A stretch of DNA of 64,000 nt from Azolla caroliniana (lineage: Eukaryota > Plantae > Polypodiophyta). The notes beneath the pieces were generated by a model. It was not told the DNA's origin. It saw only the letters and a list, made by a program, of their open reading frames with translations, and did not search any database. Shown here one piece after another: positions 42,860 through 54,412 of the stretch. The stretch is taken from assembly GCA_043228905.1 (NCBI GenBank), contig JBHGNT010000011.1, positions 8,494,001 to 8,558,000 of the forward strand, written 5' to 3'. A program made the translations under genes and the position numbers. Each line of letters begins with the position of its first letter. Within the stretch, counting starts at the first letter, position 1.

Positions 42860-43740
42860 CAAGGCTTTTACGCAGCTGAAAGACGCATTCACATCAGCAC
42901 CCATCCTAGCACATATTGATCCTGAAAAGCCATTTACTATTGAGGCGGATGCATCAGACTTTGCATTGGGGAGTATCCTATCGCAACCAGGCGAGGACGG
43001 GCAAACACATCCAGTCGTGTTTCACTCGAGAAAATTTACTGTTTCGGAGATAAACTATGAGGTGCATGACAAGGAGTTACTAGCTGTGGTCGACTCATTC
43101 GAGCAATGGCGTCATTTTCTAGAAGGATCACCTCATCAGATTATCATTTATAGTGATCACAAAAATCTCACATATTTTCAAACAGCTTGAGTATTAAATA
43201 GACGACAAGCACGGTGGGCCCAATTTCTAACGCGTTTCAATTTCAAGATCATTTTTCGCCCCGGAAAACAACAAGGGAAAGCAAATGCTCTGTCTCGACG
43301 TTCGTATCTAGCACTTCGACCTGGAGATCCGGCCTTTGACAATTAAAAGCAAACTCTCCTCGGGCCATCAAAGCTACAGGTAACAACAATTTATGCCACG
43401 CCACTTGATTCTACCCTTCTTGACACTATTCGGCAACAACTTCATTTGGATGCTTTTGCTAAGGATGTCTTAGCCCACTGTGGTTCAAGTCGTCCATCTT
43501 GCTCCACATTGCCAGGGTCATCTCAACATTATCAGGACTTCAAGTGGCAAGATGGCTTACTCTTCTACAAGAATCTCCTTTACATCCCCGACGGATCACC
43601 CCGACTTCAAGTGTTGGAACATTGTCATGATGCCCCCATGGCTGGACATTTTGGTATTTCCAAGACCATTGCGTTGGTGAAACGTTCGTTTTGGTGGCCT
43701 CACTTGCAAAAATTTGTCGAAGATTATGTTCGCACTTGTG
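42860..43740 (+). pseudogene. pol: Tcn1-like RNase H to integrase Zn-finger fragment (G1)
   Basis: AFTSAPILAH...IEADASDFALG...HDKELLA...CHDAPMAGHFG with stops. Confidence 0.85.
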
Positions 43741-46700
43741 TCATAGTATAGTCTGAGTCTCTTGAAACTCCAACAAAGGATCTTGGATCCCACATGATTT
43801 CAACAATCTCTATACATCAGTTATGAGAGGATGGAAGGAAGGAAGACATGATGGTGTTTGCGGTTTTAGTAACTCCCTCATCTAGCTCACAAGAATTGGG
43901 GGTCCAATTACCAAAGAAGTACATAGAATTCTCCGATGTGTTCGATAAGGTGAAGGCTAATAGATTACCAGAGCATCGACCCTATGATTGCCCAATTGAT
44001 TTGCAGCCAGGAAAAGAGCCTCCATGGGGGCCAATTTATAACCTTTCGCCCACAGAGTTAGAGGTTCTTCGAGAATATATAAATGAGAACCTGACAAATG
44101 GTTTTATCCAACATTCAAGATCTCCTGCTAGTGCACCCATCTTTTTCGTTAAGAAGAAAGATGGTACGCTTCGTATGGTCGTGGATTATTGGGGCTTGAA
44201 TAAAGTAACTATTAGAAACCGATATGCTCTACCATTGATCTCAAGCCTTCTAGAACGCCTTAGTGGAGCAAAGTATTTCACGAAGTTAGATCTTCGAGGT
44301 GCCTACAACCTTGTTCAAATTCGTCCTGGGGATGAATGGAAGACCGCTTTCCGCACTCGCTATGGTCATTTTGAATATACAGTGATGCCATATGGTCTCA
44401 CGAATGCACCATTAGTTTTCCAACATATGGCGAATGACATTTTTCGAGACTTCCTCGATATCTTCATCATAGTTTACTTGGATGATATCTTGCTCTACTC
44501 AAAAACTCAAGAGGAGCATGAGATACATGTTCGCCAAGTTTTGCAACGGTTACGAGAGTATGGTCTCTATGCTAAATTGGAGAAGTGTAGTTTCGACCAG
44601 TGTCAAGTGGAATTTTTGGGGTACATAGTCTCTTCAAATGGCATCTCTATGGATCCATCAAAGGTTCAAACAATTTTGGATTGGCAAATGCCACAGTCTG
44701 TGCGAGATGTACAATGTTGTTTGGGGTTCGCAAACTTTTATCGCAAGTTCATCAAAGATTATTCAAAGATTGTATTGCCCCTCACTCAACTAACGCGCAA
44801 GAATCAACCATTTGTATGGGGTATAGATGCGAACTTTGCATTTGAGGGTTTAAAGCAAGCGTTTACATCTGCACCAATTTTAATGCATGTCGATCCAATG
44901 AGGCGCTTTATACTTGAAGCTGATGCATCTGATTTCGCACTCAGAAGCGTACTATCCCAGATTGGTGAAGATGGCAAACTGCACCCCGTGGCTTTTCACT
45001 CACGGAAATTTGATGCCGCAGAAATCAACTATGAGATTCACGACAAAGAGCTTCTTGCCATTGTGGATTCTTTTCAACAATGGCATCATTTTTTGGAGGG
45101 TTCTTCTCAACAAATTATTGTCTTCAATGATCACAAAAATCTAACATACTTCCAAAGTGCTCGAGTCTTGAATCGTCAACAAGCTCGTTGGGCGCAGTTC
45201 TTAACTCGTTTTGATTTTGTAATTCTATATCGCCCTGGGATGCAACAAGGAAAAGCAGATGCTTTATCTCCGTTCGTATATGGAACTTCAACCAGGAGAG
45301 GCCGCATTTGAAAGTCAAAAGCAAATCCTCTTTGGTCCTGATCGTCTACGAGTAATGGCAATACATACTATCAACACACCAGGAGATTCGAGGCTTCTTG
45401 ATTCCATTCGGGAGCAGATTGCGACAGATGCATTCGCCCAATAGGTTTTGAGTCATATTATCCCACATCGTGCTTCCAGCTCTCAATCTAAAAATCCTCG
45501 TCTAGACTACACCCAGTTCAATTGGCATGATGGTTTGCTTTTTCGACAAACTCTCTTGTATGTGCCTGATGGTCCTTCTTGACTCAAAGTCGTGCAACAA
45601 TGTCAAGACACGCCAATGGTTGGACATTTCGGCATCCACAAGACTTTTGAGTTGATTTCTCGCCGATATTGGTGGCCACAGCTTCGCCATTTTGTTATGG
45701 ATTATGTTCGTAGTTGTGATACATGTTGCCGATCAAAAAAGCCTCGACATCATCCATATAGCCTATTACAGCCAATGCCTATTCCGGAGAGCCCATGGAA
45801 ATCTATTTCCTTGGACTTTATTACGGATCTTCCACCTTCCAAGGGATTTGATTCTATTCTCACGGTAGTCGATCGTTTTACGAAGATGGCGCATTTCCTT
45901 CCATGCACAAAGACCATTACTAGTCAAGAGACAGCCGATTTACTCATGCAGGAGGTGTTTTGCCATCATGGTCTTCCAGATGATATTATCAGTGATCGGG
46001 GTCCCCAATTCATCTCAAAATTTTGGTGGCACATGTTCAAACTCTTACATACTTCTTGTAAACTTTCTTTCGGCTACCATCCAGAGACTAATGGGCAGAG
46101 TGAGCGCACCAACCAAACAGTCGAACAATATCTACGTTGTTTTGTCAACTATCCACAAGATGATTGGGTGATTTATTACATTTGGCGGAATTTGCTTACA
46201 ACAACTCCGAACATTCTTCTACTGGCTATTCCCCATTTTTTGCTAACATTGGGTACCATCCTCGTTGGACGATGCTTGAACATTCCGAACTCCCGAAAAA
46301 CCCAGCTGCTGAAGATCGGCTCACTCAACTCCAAGAAATTCAAGATATACTTTTGCATCATTTATGTGATGCCCAAAACACTCAAAAGAAGATTGTTGAT
46401 CGTCATCGGCGTGATTCATCGACTACGTTTCAAGTAGGAGATCGTGTATGGCTCTTACAAGGTAGCATTAAAACCACTCGACCTTGCTACAAATTGGATT
46501 ATCAACATTTCGGCTCATATGTGATCTCTGGTAAGATCAATGATGTGACATTTCTTCTTGATCTCCCTCCTCATATGCGTCTTCACCCGGTTTTCCATGT
46601 TTCACTTTTGGAGCCCTACACAACAAGCTCTATTCCAGGTCGTCTTACACCTCCCCCACCTCCAATCGAAGTTTCCAATGGCTCTGAATATGAGGTTGCT

Positions 46701-47281
46701 GCTATTCTCGACTCCAAGATCATCCGCAACAAACTATATTATTTGGTTGATTGGTTAGGTTATACACCTAATGATCGAACATGGGAGCCTGCCGAGCATC
46801 TTGCTAATGCCTCCGACATGGTTGTTGCATTTCACGACAAATATCCCCATAAACCAAGTCCGAACTCTTGTCTTCTGACTCGTGGAACTCGTCCTCGAAA
46901 AGGGGGGATAATGTCATGAAGACAACATTTTGGTTATCAAGAATCGAACCCACGACTTCTTGGTCTATGTGTTGAACCCTTAACCATTGTAATAACATAT
47001 ATGTTGTGTGATTATAATAATTATGTTTCTAGTTATTACAAGATATTAGAATATTCTAGAACATTCTAGATTATTCAGAACATCCTTTAATAATTCATGA
47101 TTATATTTCTTATCATAAAATCTAAAATATTCTAGAACATTCTAGATTACTCCATAAGGACCTATAAATAACTGTCTATACATTCGTTTCAACTCATTCG
47201 GTTCAACACCAGTCTTTAGCCCTTAGCCTACTCATTGTAATCTTGTTTCATCATAATATAATCTCATTTCTATTTCAAGTC

Positions 47282-47316
<35 letters not shown>

Positions 47317-47379
47317 GCACACACACACACACCCTCTCTCTTTCGCTCTCACTCTATCTTCTACCCACGAGTCTCGACA
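43741..47379 (+). mobile_element. Element G2: 5'-truncated Tcn1-like chromovirus (RT-RH-IN-chromodomain, PPT, 3' LTR)
   Basis: ORFs 43848-45311, 45592-46437, 46164-46919; PPT AAAAGGGGGGA. Confidence 0.88.
46912..47379 (+). repeat. 3' LTR of element G2, with antisense tRNA-like A/B boxes
   Basis: TGTCATGA...TCTCGACA; shares the post-TATA motif GGTTCAACACCAGTCTT with the F LTR. Confidence 0.82.
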
Positions 47380-50239
47380 TTATGTCAATTCCGAGCAATG
47401 GAACAATCCGCGGGTGATCATCAAGATATGCCTCCAGCTCTGTATCATCTACTCCCTCTAGCATATTTATGTCTTTTGCATATAATGGCGTTATCCCCTT
47501 CGATTGTGCCGCCATTTCCTGAGTGGGTACACGAACTTTGCTATGTCCCTGTCTGAAACTGATACAGTTATGCTGTCAGTTCTGTTTGATGTTCGCCGAA
47601 CATAACCACGGTCTGCCGAGCAATATTGGGTACGCTCCCGGAGCATCTAGTGCAAGTACAACTGCAAAGATGTCGAAACGATGGCCGCCAACGATAATGC
47701 CTAACTTTTGGATCAACCCTAAGGGCCTAACAGAATGGGTGTTTGCCATGCAAAGCCAGAAAGGGCAGGCTTCCCAATCTGAAATTCCCTATCGTACGCA
47801 CGTCTTTGTACTAATGACATTGACGTCGGATCCTCCATCAACTATACATCCCGAGATTTCTTGTCCTTGTAGTACCAACTGAATGGTTGGATTATGGTGA
47901 TCCAATACTGATGGACCAGCACTAGTCTCCGCAAAATTTGCTAAGACATCTAATCCGGGTGTGCCCTTGATGCGATTCTCCACGACCTGCCGGAATCGTG
48001 GAACCAGTCGGAGGAGCTTCTCCATGGTCATTTTTATTTCATAGTCTGCCAGTGCTTGCCATATGGGATCCGGTGATAATGTGTCCTCCTCCATCGGCAA
48101 ACTGTTGTTTGCAGACTCCTGCCTCATACGCTCTGTATTTGCCACATTTGCTTTTTCTACCCACGCTTGGGCTGCTTTGCGTATCTCATCTTGCACAGCC
48201 CAATCCGCGTTCTTTGCTTGTTGTCGTGTTGTGACTTGTTGGACTTCCGCTGTGATCGTATTTACAGTGGGTTCCTTGCCTTGTGATGTGGACACTGCAT
48301 TGCGTAATGTCCGGGTTGCTGGCATACGAAACAATGGACACTGGTCTCACCTCTCTCTCCTCCTGGCGGTGTTGCCGCCTCCGCGGGTATGTGTTGCTCC
48401 TCCCGATTTTGCTAAAGTCTCCTGTTATGTCGTGGTGGTTGTCGGTGTTCCCAATGTAGCTCCTGACGCCGCTCATCTTCCGAACTCTCATCATAGCGAC
48501 ATCGGTCCCTATATTGTCTATTGTGTGCATTTGGTCGCGGTCCATTGAATCCTCCGCGATTAGTGGACGAACGTCGATTGCCATAACGATGCCCTCCTTT
48601 ATTATATCGGTTGGTATTCCGATAGTCTTCGTCCTCATGTTCTTCCTCGTCGGAAGAGAGGTTGCTATTACGGCGATTACGGTACTGACGCTCTTCACGC
48701 TAATTCCATTCCACATATCTGAACCGTTCCTCTTGTCGCCCTTGATCATTCCTGCGATGTTATCGTTGTGGTTCTATGCGTCGCACAACATGTGTAGGTC
48801 TATTAAGCATGTTGTATTCGCATTGCTCTACCGGGTGTGCCCTTGAGTGACATATCGGACAATGAATTCTCATATTGCACTCTACCGCGGAATGCCCTGA
48901 ATTTAAACAGATTGTGCATTGTATAGCCTGGTGGAATCGATGTTCCTCATCCTGAGGCAACATTTGTCGTAACGATGACATGGATAGTCCCTCATCTTCT
49001 TCCTCTAATTCGAGCTATAATGCTCCCTCAATAACCATATCCGTTGTTTCCCCTTTCACACTATGTGTGTTAAGCGTCGTCCGGATAGGTCGTCGTAAAG
49101 CTGCCAAAAGCGTCTCTTTAGCCTCTTTGTCTATCAAGGCTCGTGTAAGTTGCCGTCGTAGGCTCTGGAAACATAGGCTGAAATCCACTACGGATTCCAT
49201 TGGAAATTGCTTAATGGTGTAGAATTGCCTGATGATCTCACGTTGCGGTACCCTCCGATGAAAAAACCACAAAAATGCTTATTGTAGTTGATCGAAGGTT
49301 GTGATTGCTGCCAAGTCCATCTGAGAATGCCAACACGTCAATCTACCATCTAGAGTTAACTCGAACTCTGCGGTCTCTGATTCGTGCACTTTTGTTGCTA
49401 GAAACCGTTGCACCATATGATTAGCATTCCAAACATTCAGGAACAGCTAGATGTTGCTTGCAGCGTCTGGTTTTGCCATTGAAGCATGGGTAGGAGAAAC
49501 CCATTCCGGACGTTATGGTGACTATCGGCAGGGGAAGACCACGGTTTTCGTGTGGTGACAGGGCTTCCTACTTGACGTCGCGGTGTTCGGTGAGCATGGG
49601 GTCGATCTTGAACTCCTGAAAGGAAACGTCGTGGTCGTTGAGACAAGGTTTTCGCTTAGCACGCTCTTCTGTCTGGCAAGTGATAGACCTTGTCCATGGT
49701 CAATCTTGTTGGGTCGGTTCTCTGGGTCATCTATGGCTAGACATCCATTCCTTGTTGCTCTTCTGCGAGGAATCACAGATCACTAAGCGTGCCAAAAGTG
49801 TTACCGATTAGGAACACTATCTACGCTCAGTCCTTCGGGGTAGACTTCAAGGTGATTGTGTTTACAAGCAACAGGTTTGTGTTGGGCGTGAGTCGTAACA
49901 GGATACTAAGCAAACGTATCATCTGGGTGTGAAGGGAAGAACGCACTTACCCTACGCTTATAACCCACAGTTACGAATCAGAATGCAACGCCAAGATAGT
50001 AGACTACTTACACAGACAGACAAGGAGATCAGAGAAGATAGGATTCTATTACAAAAGCTTCACTCCCAAAAATTACACGCTCCCTCTTACAGAGGCTTTC
50101 TGCCCTTTATATACATAGGGCTTTTAGTCGATCACGCTCCTCGCGTGAACCGTTACATAAATTTCCTAATGCTTCTAATATATTTTATATTTTATATTTT
50201 ACGCACCATGTCTAGCGGTTACAATTCCGACAGACAACG
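47380..50239 (-). mobile_element. Element K: 5' part (LTR, PBS, gag, protease) of an Athila-like Gypsy related to E
   Basis: LTR ~49799-50239, PBS TGGCACGCTTAGT at 49782-49794, CTICLNSGHSAVEC/CPICHSRAH knuckles, IVDGGS protease; many stops. Confidence 0.85.
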
Positions 50240-50857
50240 CAATGTTGGATTTGTCCTGGTACCGGAGTCTCACTAATTTCCGAAATACCGAAACTTGATT
50301 TACGGCATTTTTGCTCTCCAGCATGGTGCCGATTTTCTCTTAGAGCACATGAGCCTTACTTTCTTCATTGAAGTTGTTGTACAGGCTCATGTCGATGAAG
50401 CATCATATGTATGTCGTCTTCTTCATGTGCATCACCTCCCATGTCGTGGCATCGATCTTGTCTGGCTTCTTGTCCCCAAACTATACCGGCAACCAAAGAT
50501 CTTTGACCACAAGCATGTCCCTCATCTTCGACTTCCACATTGGGTAGTTGGAGCCGGTGAGCTTGAACATGCTTCCGAATGACTCTTCCATTTTCTTGTT
50601 CGCTTTGATACCAGTTTGTGCGGAATAGCACTCAGCCACAACCGGGACTCAAACACTTGATGAAAGAACAAAACAGAAATGGACGTTCGTACACTTACAT
50701 AGAAGAGACGACACATGATGTTTACGTGGAAAACCCTTATAGGGAAAAAAACCATGGGAGCCCACAGACTCCAACTATCACTATACGAGAAAGGAGGTAC
50801 TACAGGAGACTTAGAGGCAACGACCTCGAGCTCTGTATCTTCGCCTACCAACGGCTT

Positions 50858-50929
<72 letters not shown>

Positions 50930-51194
50930 CAACTATGATGCAACTAACAATAACACCAACCACACAAAGTGATTGCCCTAAGTCATATTTATACTTATAT
51001 GACTTTAAGACTATTTACAAATATAGCCTTTATAGGCACACCAGAAACATATTTGCAGATATATCCCTAGATCCGGTTCACACCGCATCCATCTGGATAT
51101 CTTCCGGTCCGGTTTGGATCCTTCCTTCGGCTCGTCTGATCCGGCTCCTCCGGTTCTCATCCAGATCCCATCCGGAGGGACCGAATTCCCAACA
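50240..51194 (-). mobile_element. Element O: 5' LTR, Met PBS and gag start of a Copia related to D
   Basis: LTR 50617-51194 begins TGTTGGGAATTCGGTCCCTCCGGATGGGAT like D; PBS TGGTATCAAAGC 50602-50613; gag ...KNAVNQVSVFRKLVRLRY. Confidence 0.85.
50863..50926. repeat. (CT)n microsatellite within the O LTR
   Basis: About 32 CT units. Confidence 0.9.
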
Positions 51195-51409
51195 AAGTGG
51201 AGCTTTCCTTGAGGGAACTTTTGGGCATATCTAAAAAGGAATTTCATGAAGCAATAATAGATGGAATTAAAAGAAAACGACAGAGTATTGAAGCCATTGA
51301 AAACCAAGGAAATGAAGTGAAGAAAAAGTCTATTAAAGGAGGCAATTGGTTATGATGATAATGTGGTAACACCGTCTAATTTATCGGCATTGGAGGATGA
51401 TCATTTTGC

Positions 51410-51550
51410 TCCACATGAACCTGAGAAAATCCTTGATCATAGGTCTAGAAACCTAAGGTCAAAAGTTGGTCATCACTATAAGGTTAAGTGGAAGGATAGA
51501 TTGGAAGAAGACACTACATGGGAAACCGAAGAGACATTACGCAAACAAGG
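51410..51550 (+). pseudogene. Isolated chromodomain fragment of another chromovirus
   Basis: EPEKILDHR...YKVKWKDRLEEDTTWETEETL. Confidence 0.7.
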
Positions 51551-51569
51551 ATTAATTATCTTGGTTATT

Positions 51570-52100
51570 ACACATAGCGATTCCCGAAGGTTGTCATTCT
51601 CAAGTTGAAGTTGATGCATGGCTTCCATGAGCTGATTTATTCTCTCGGTAAGATCCGACATGCTGAGGCTTAGACAATGGGAAGGTGAACAAACTGTCAC
51701 GGATGGGTAGACGAGGCTCGATACTAAGAGAGACAGAGACAGAGACAGAGAGTATACACAAGAGAACATGAAAAAGAGAGCGAGAAACTAGACAAGAGAA
51801 CAAGAATTGAATTATGCTTCCATAACTGGTGTTGTTCACCTTGATTGTAATCAAGGTGCACTTGAGTATTTATACAAGAATGTGGTGGTATGCATGTAAG
51901 CTAGGAAACTCTAGAGAGTGCATGAAGATGCATTCTCTAGAAGTTTCTTGAAAGTTCTCGTGATTAATCTACAATGTAATAAGTTGATCTTATACAATAA
52001 ATAATGCATAGATGGAGGTAGTTCAACTGGTAAGGTTGCCCAATAAGACTAGGAGGTCATGGGTTCAACCCCCTACATTCCATGTGGCAAACTCCTGACG
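51570..52100 (-). mobile_element. Element J: 5' LTR (51695-52100), self-priming PBS and gag start of a Tcn1-like chromovirus
   Basis: LTR ends ...CCGTGACA; TATAAAT 51868-51874; CAACACCAGT motif shared with F and G2; gag MSDLTERINQLMEAMHQLQLEN from 51662. Confidence 0.78.
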
Positions 52101-52695
52101 ACGTTCCTTCTCATGTAGTTGATGTATAGAGATTGTTAAAATCTTGTGGAATCTCATATTCCCTTGTTGGAGTTTTAAAAGACTCGGATTATCCTTTGAC
52201 CTCTTCAATAGTTCTTTTTCTCCAATCAATCGTTGGGTTACGTAGCTCAAACAATGGAAGTCCCTAAATTAGGGAGCGCTCTGCACTACTAATGATGTTG
52301 AATGAGATGACACTGGACAAATTACCTAGGACCACATGAATCGATTCAAATTCTTCAACTATATCACCTGATCTATGGGGTGTCCATCAATGACTCTGAC
52401 ATACACTGGGCTTGGGAGCTTATGCAATTGAATATTATGCATTACAACGAACTCATAATCCATAAACCAAGATTTGGCTCCAGAGTCTAAGAGGGCAAAA
52501 GTTGGGACTCGATGGCACCTAGATGTGTTAAGCTCAACTTGTGTAGAGAAAAATCGACTAAATTGACCAGATGAAATGGAACCGCTATTGGGGACGGACG
52601 TTATATGGCTAGGGCTATCCAACCAAATGGCTCTGATTTTAGCCGGACTTACTCATTTAACACATCGTCTAATTGGCTCAAAACCTCAAACATAT
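52101..52695 (-). pseudogene. Tcn1-like gag end and protease fragment
   Basis: FEVLSQLDD, IWLDSP, FALLDSGA, VIDGHPI; parallels F 28826-29370. Confidence 0.8.
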
Positions 52696-54299
52696 TTTTA
52701 TGACAGGGGCTAATAGGCCTACTTAGGTTACAAGAAGGTGGGGTAGCAATTTGAATGGGGTTGTCATGGGTATTTACTTGGTTAACTTGTCATGGTTTAT
52801 GTGGACAATTCACACCTATATGTCATGGACCACCACAATGTAGGCATAAACGATTCGTTTGACGTCATTGCTTTTCAGCATCATTGTTGAGAATCAAGCT
52901 CAACTTGGTTTAGTATGTGAACTCACCTTGAGAGTGAATAGACACTCCAACTGTCAAGAGTCACCATTAAGTCACCACTTTGTATTCTAGCATTTATTAT
53001 GAGTCATAGAATCATATTCTATGACACATAACTTATGAGCTTTCACATTCCCCATGCTCCATGAGTCTTTTAGTTAATGAAGAGAGAGGGTGACTATATA
53101 AAGCACCCTCCTCCCACCTTGTATTACGTTGAGTCTTTCTCCTTTGTTAATATAATCTACCTTGCGTATACTCTGTGTCTTACTCCTTGTCTCTCTCTCA
53201 CTCTCTCTCTCTCATACACACACATAGTTCACATCTATTCCGCTACACAAGAATCATACCTGATTCTTTACATGGTATCAGAGCGGTTTGGTACCTCGAT
53301 CTAGCCCATTCATCTCATCGTGATCGTGTGTTGTGCTCTACACCGACGACCAAGAACTGGCTCATCGTTATCGTAGCTTCGCTACATAGCTTGCATTCGA
53401 AGAGAGAAGAAGAAGAAGAAGAATCGACATAATGAATACTCAAATGGGGAGCGCTCTCCCTATCGAGAAGTTGGATCGAAACAACTTCGCATCTTGGGAG
53501 TACAAGATGCACCAATACCTTGTCGGACAAGGCTATTGGAGCTACATCAAAGGAGAGCACGAAGAAGCGGCTCCTAGATACGCGACATGGGAGCAAGCCG
53601 CAAGCCGCGTGATGTATTGCTTGGCGACATGTGTTCATGATCACATGCTTGTCTACATTCGCGAAGCCAAGGCGCCGAAGGAGGCATGGGAAAATCTACG
53701 AAAGATTTTCACGGCGAACACAACCGCAAGAAGGCTTCAACTCCGCTAAGAGTTGAACAACATTCAACAAAGGGACATGTCCATCACAACATACACCTTG
53801 AAGATCAAGGAGCTTTGCGACTCGCTCGGCTAGATAAGCGTAAGTATCGATGATGATGAGATGGTGCAAATATGCCTCGGCGGCCTCGCACCACGGTTCG
53901 GCACGATGCGAACCGCCGTTCTAGCACGGGAGAAATCTCCCTCCCTCTTCGAGCTCCAATCAATGCTATTGGTCGAAGAAACCCACATGTGTACAAGGAG
54001 CTATAAGTCGGAAGGCCACAAGCTCTACACGCACTCAAACGGCGGAAGAGGACGCGGACGAGCGAGAGGCTAATTCAGCCAAGGACAAGGCAGACGAGGT
54101 CCGACCTACGACAACAACTCCCAGTTTCAACCGCAAAACGGAAGCCAACGAGGAACCTTCGCAAGAAGGGGGAGCTTCCACTCCAGCCCAAGCCGTCAAA
54201 ACGCAACCGAATGTGGATATTGCGGAAAGTTCAGCCACCACGAAGAAGATTGCCGAAAGAAGATGCGTGAATCGGCTTCCACAAGCCGACAACTCACGA

Positions 54300-54412
54300 A
54301 TTACGCGCACAATTCCGACTACGAAGAGTATAGCGGAATGTATGGGCACAACTCCAACTACGAAGATCGTGGCGGAATGTACGCACACAACTCCGACCGT
54401 GGCGGAATGTTC
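54300..54412 (+). repeat. ~39-bp coding repeat x3 (YAHNSDYEE.GGM)
   Basis: TACGC.CACAA.TCCGAC...GGCGGAATG units. Confidence 0.75.
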
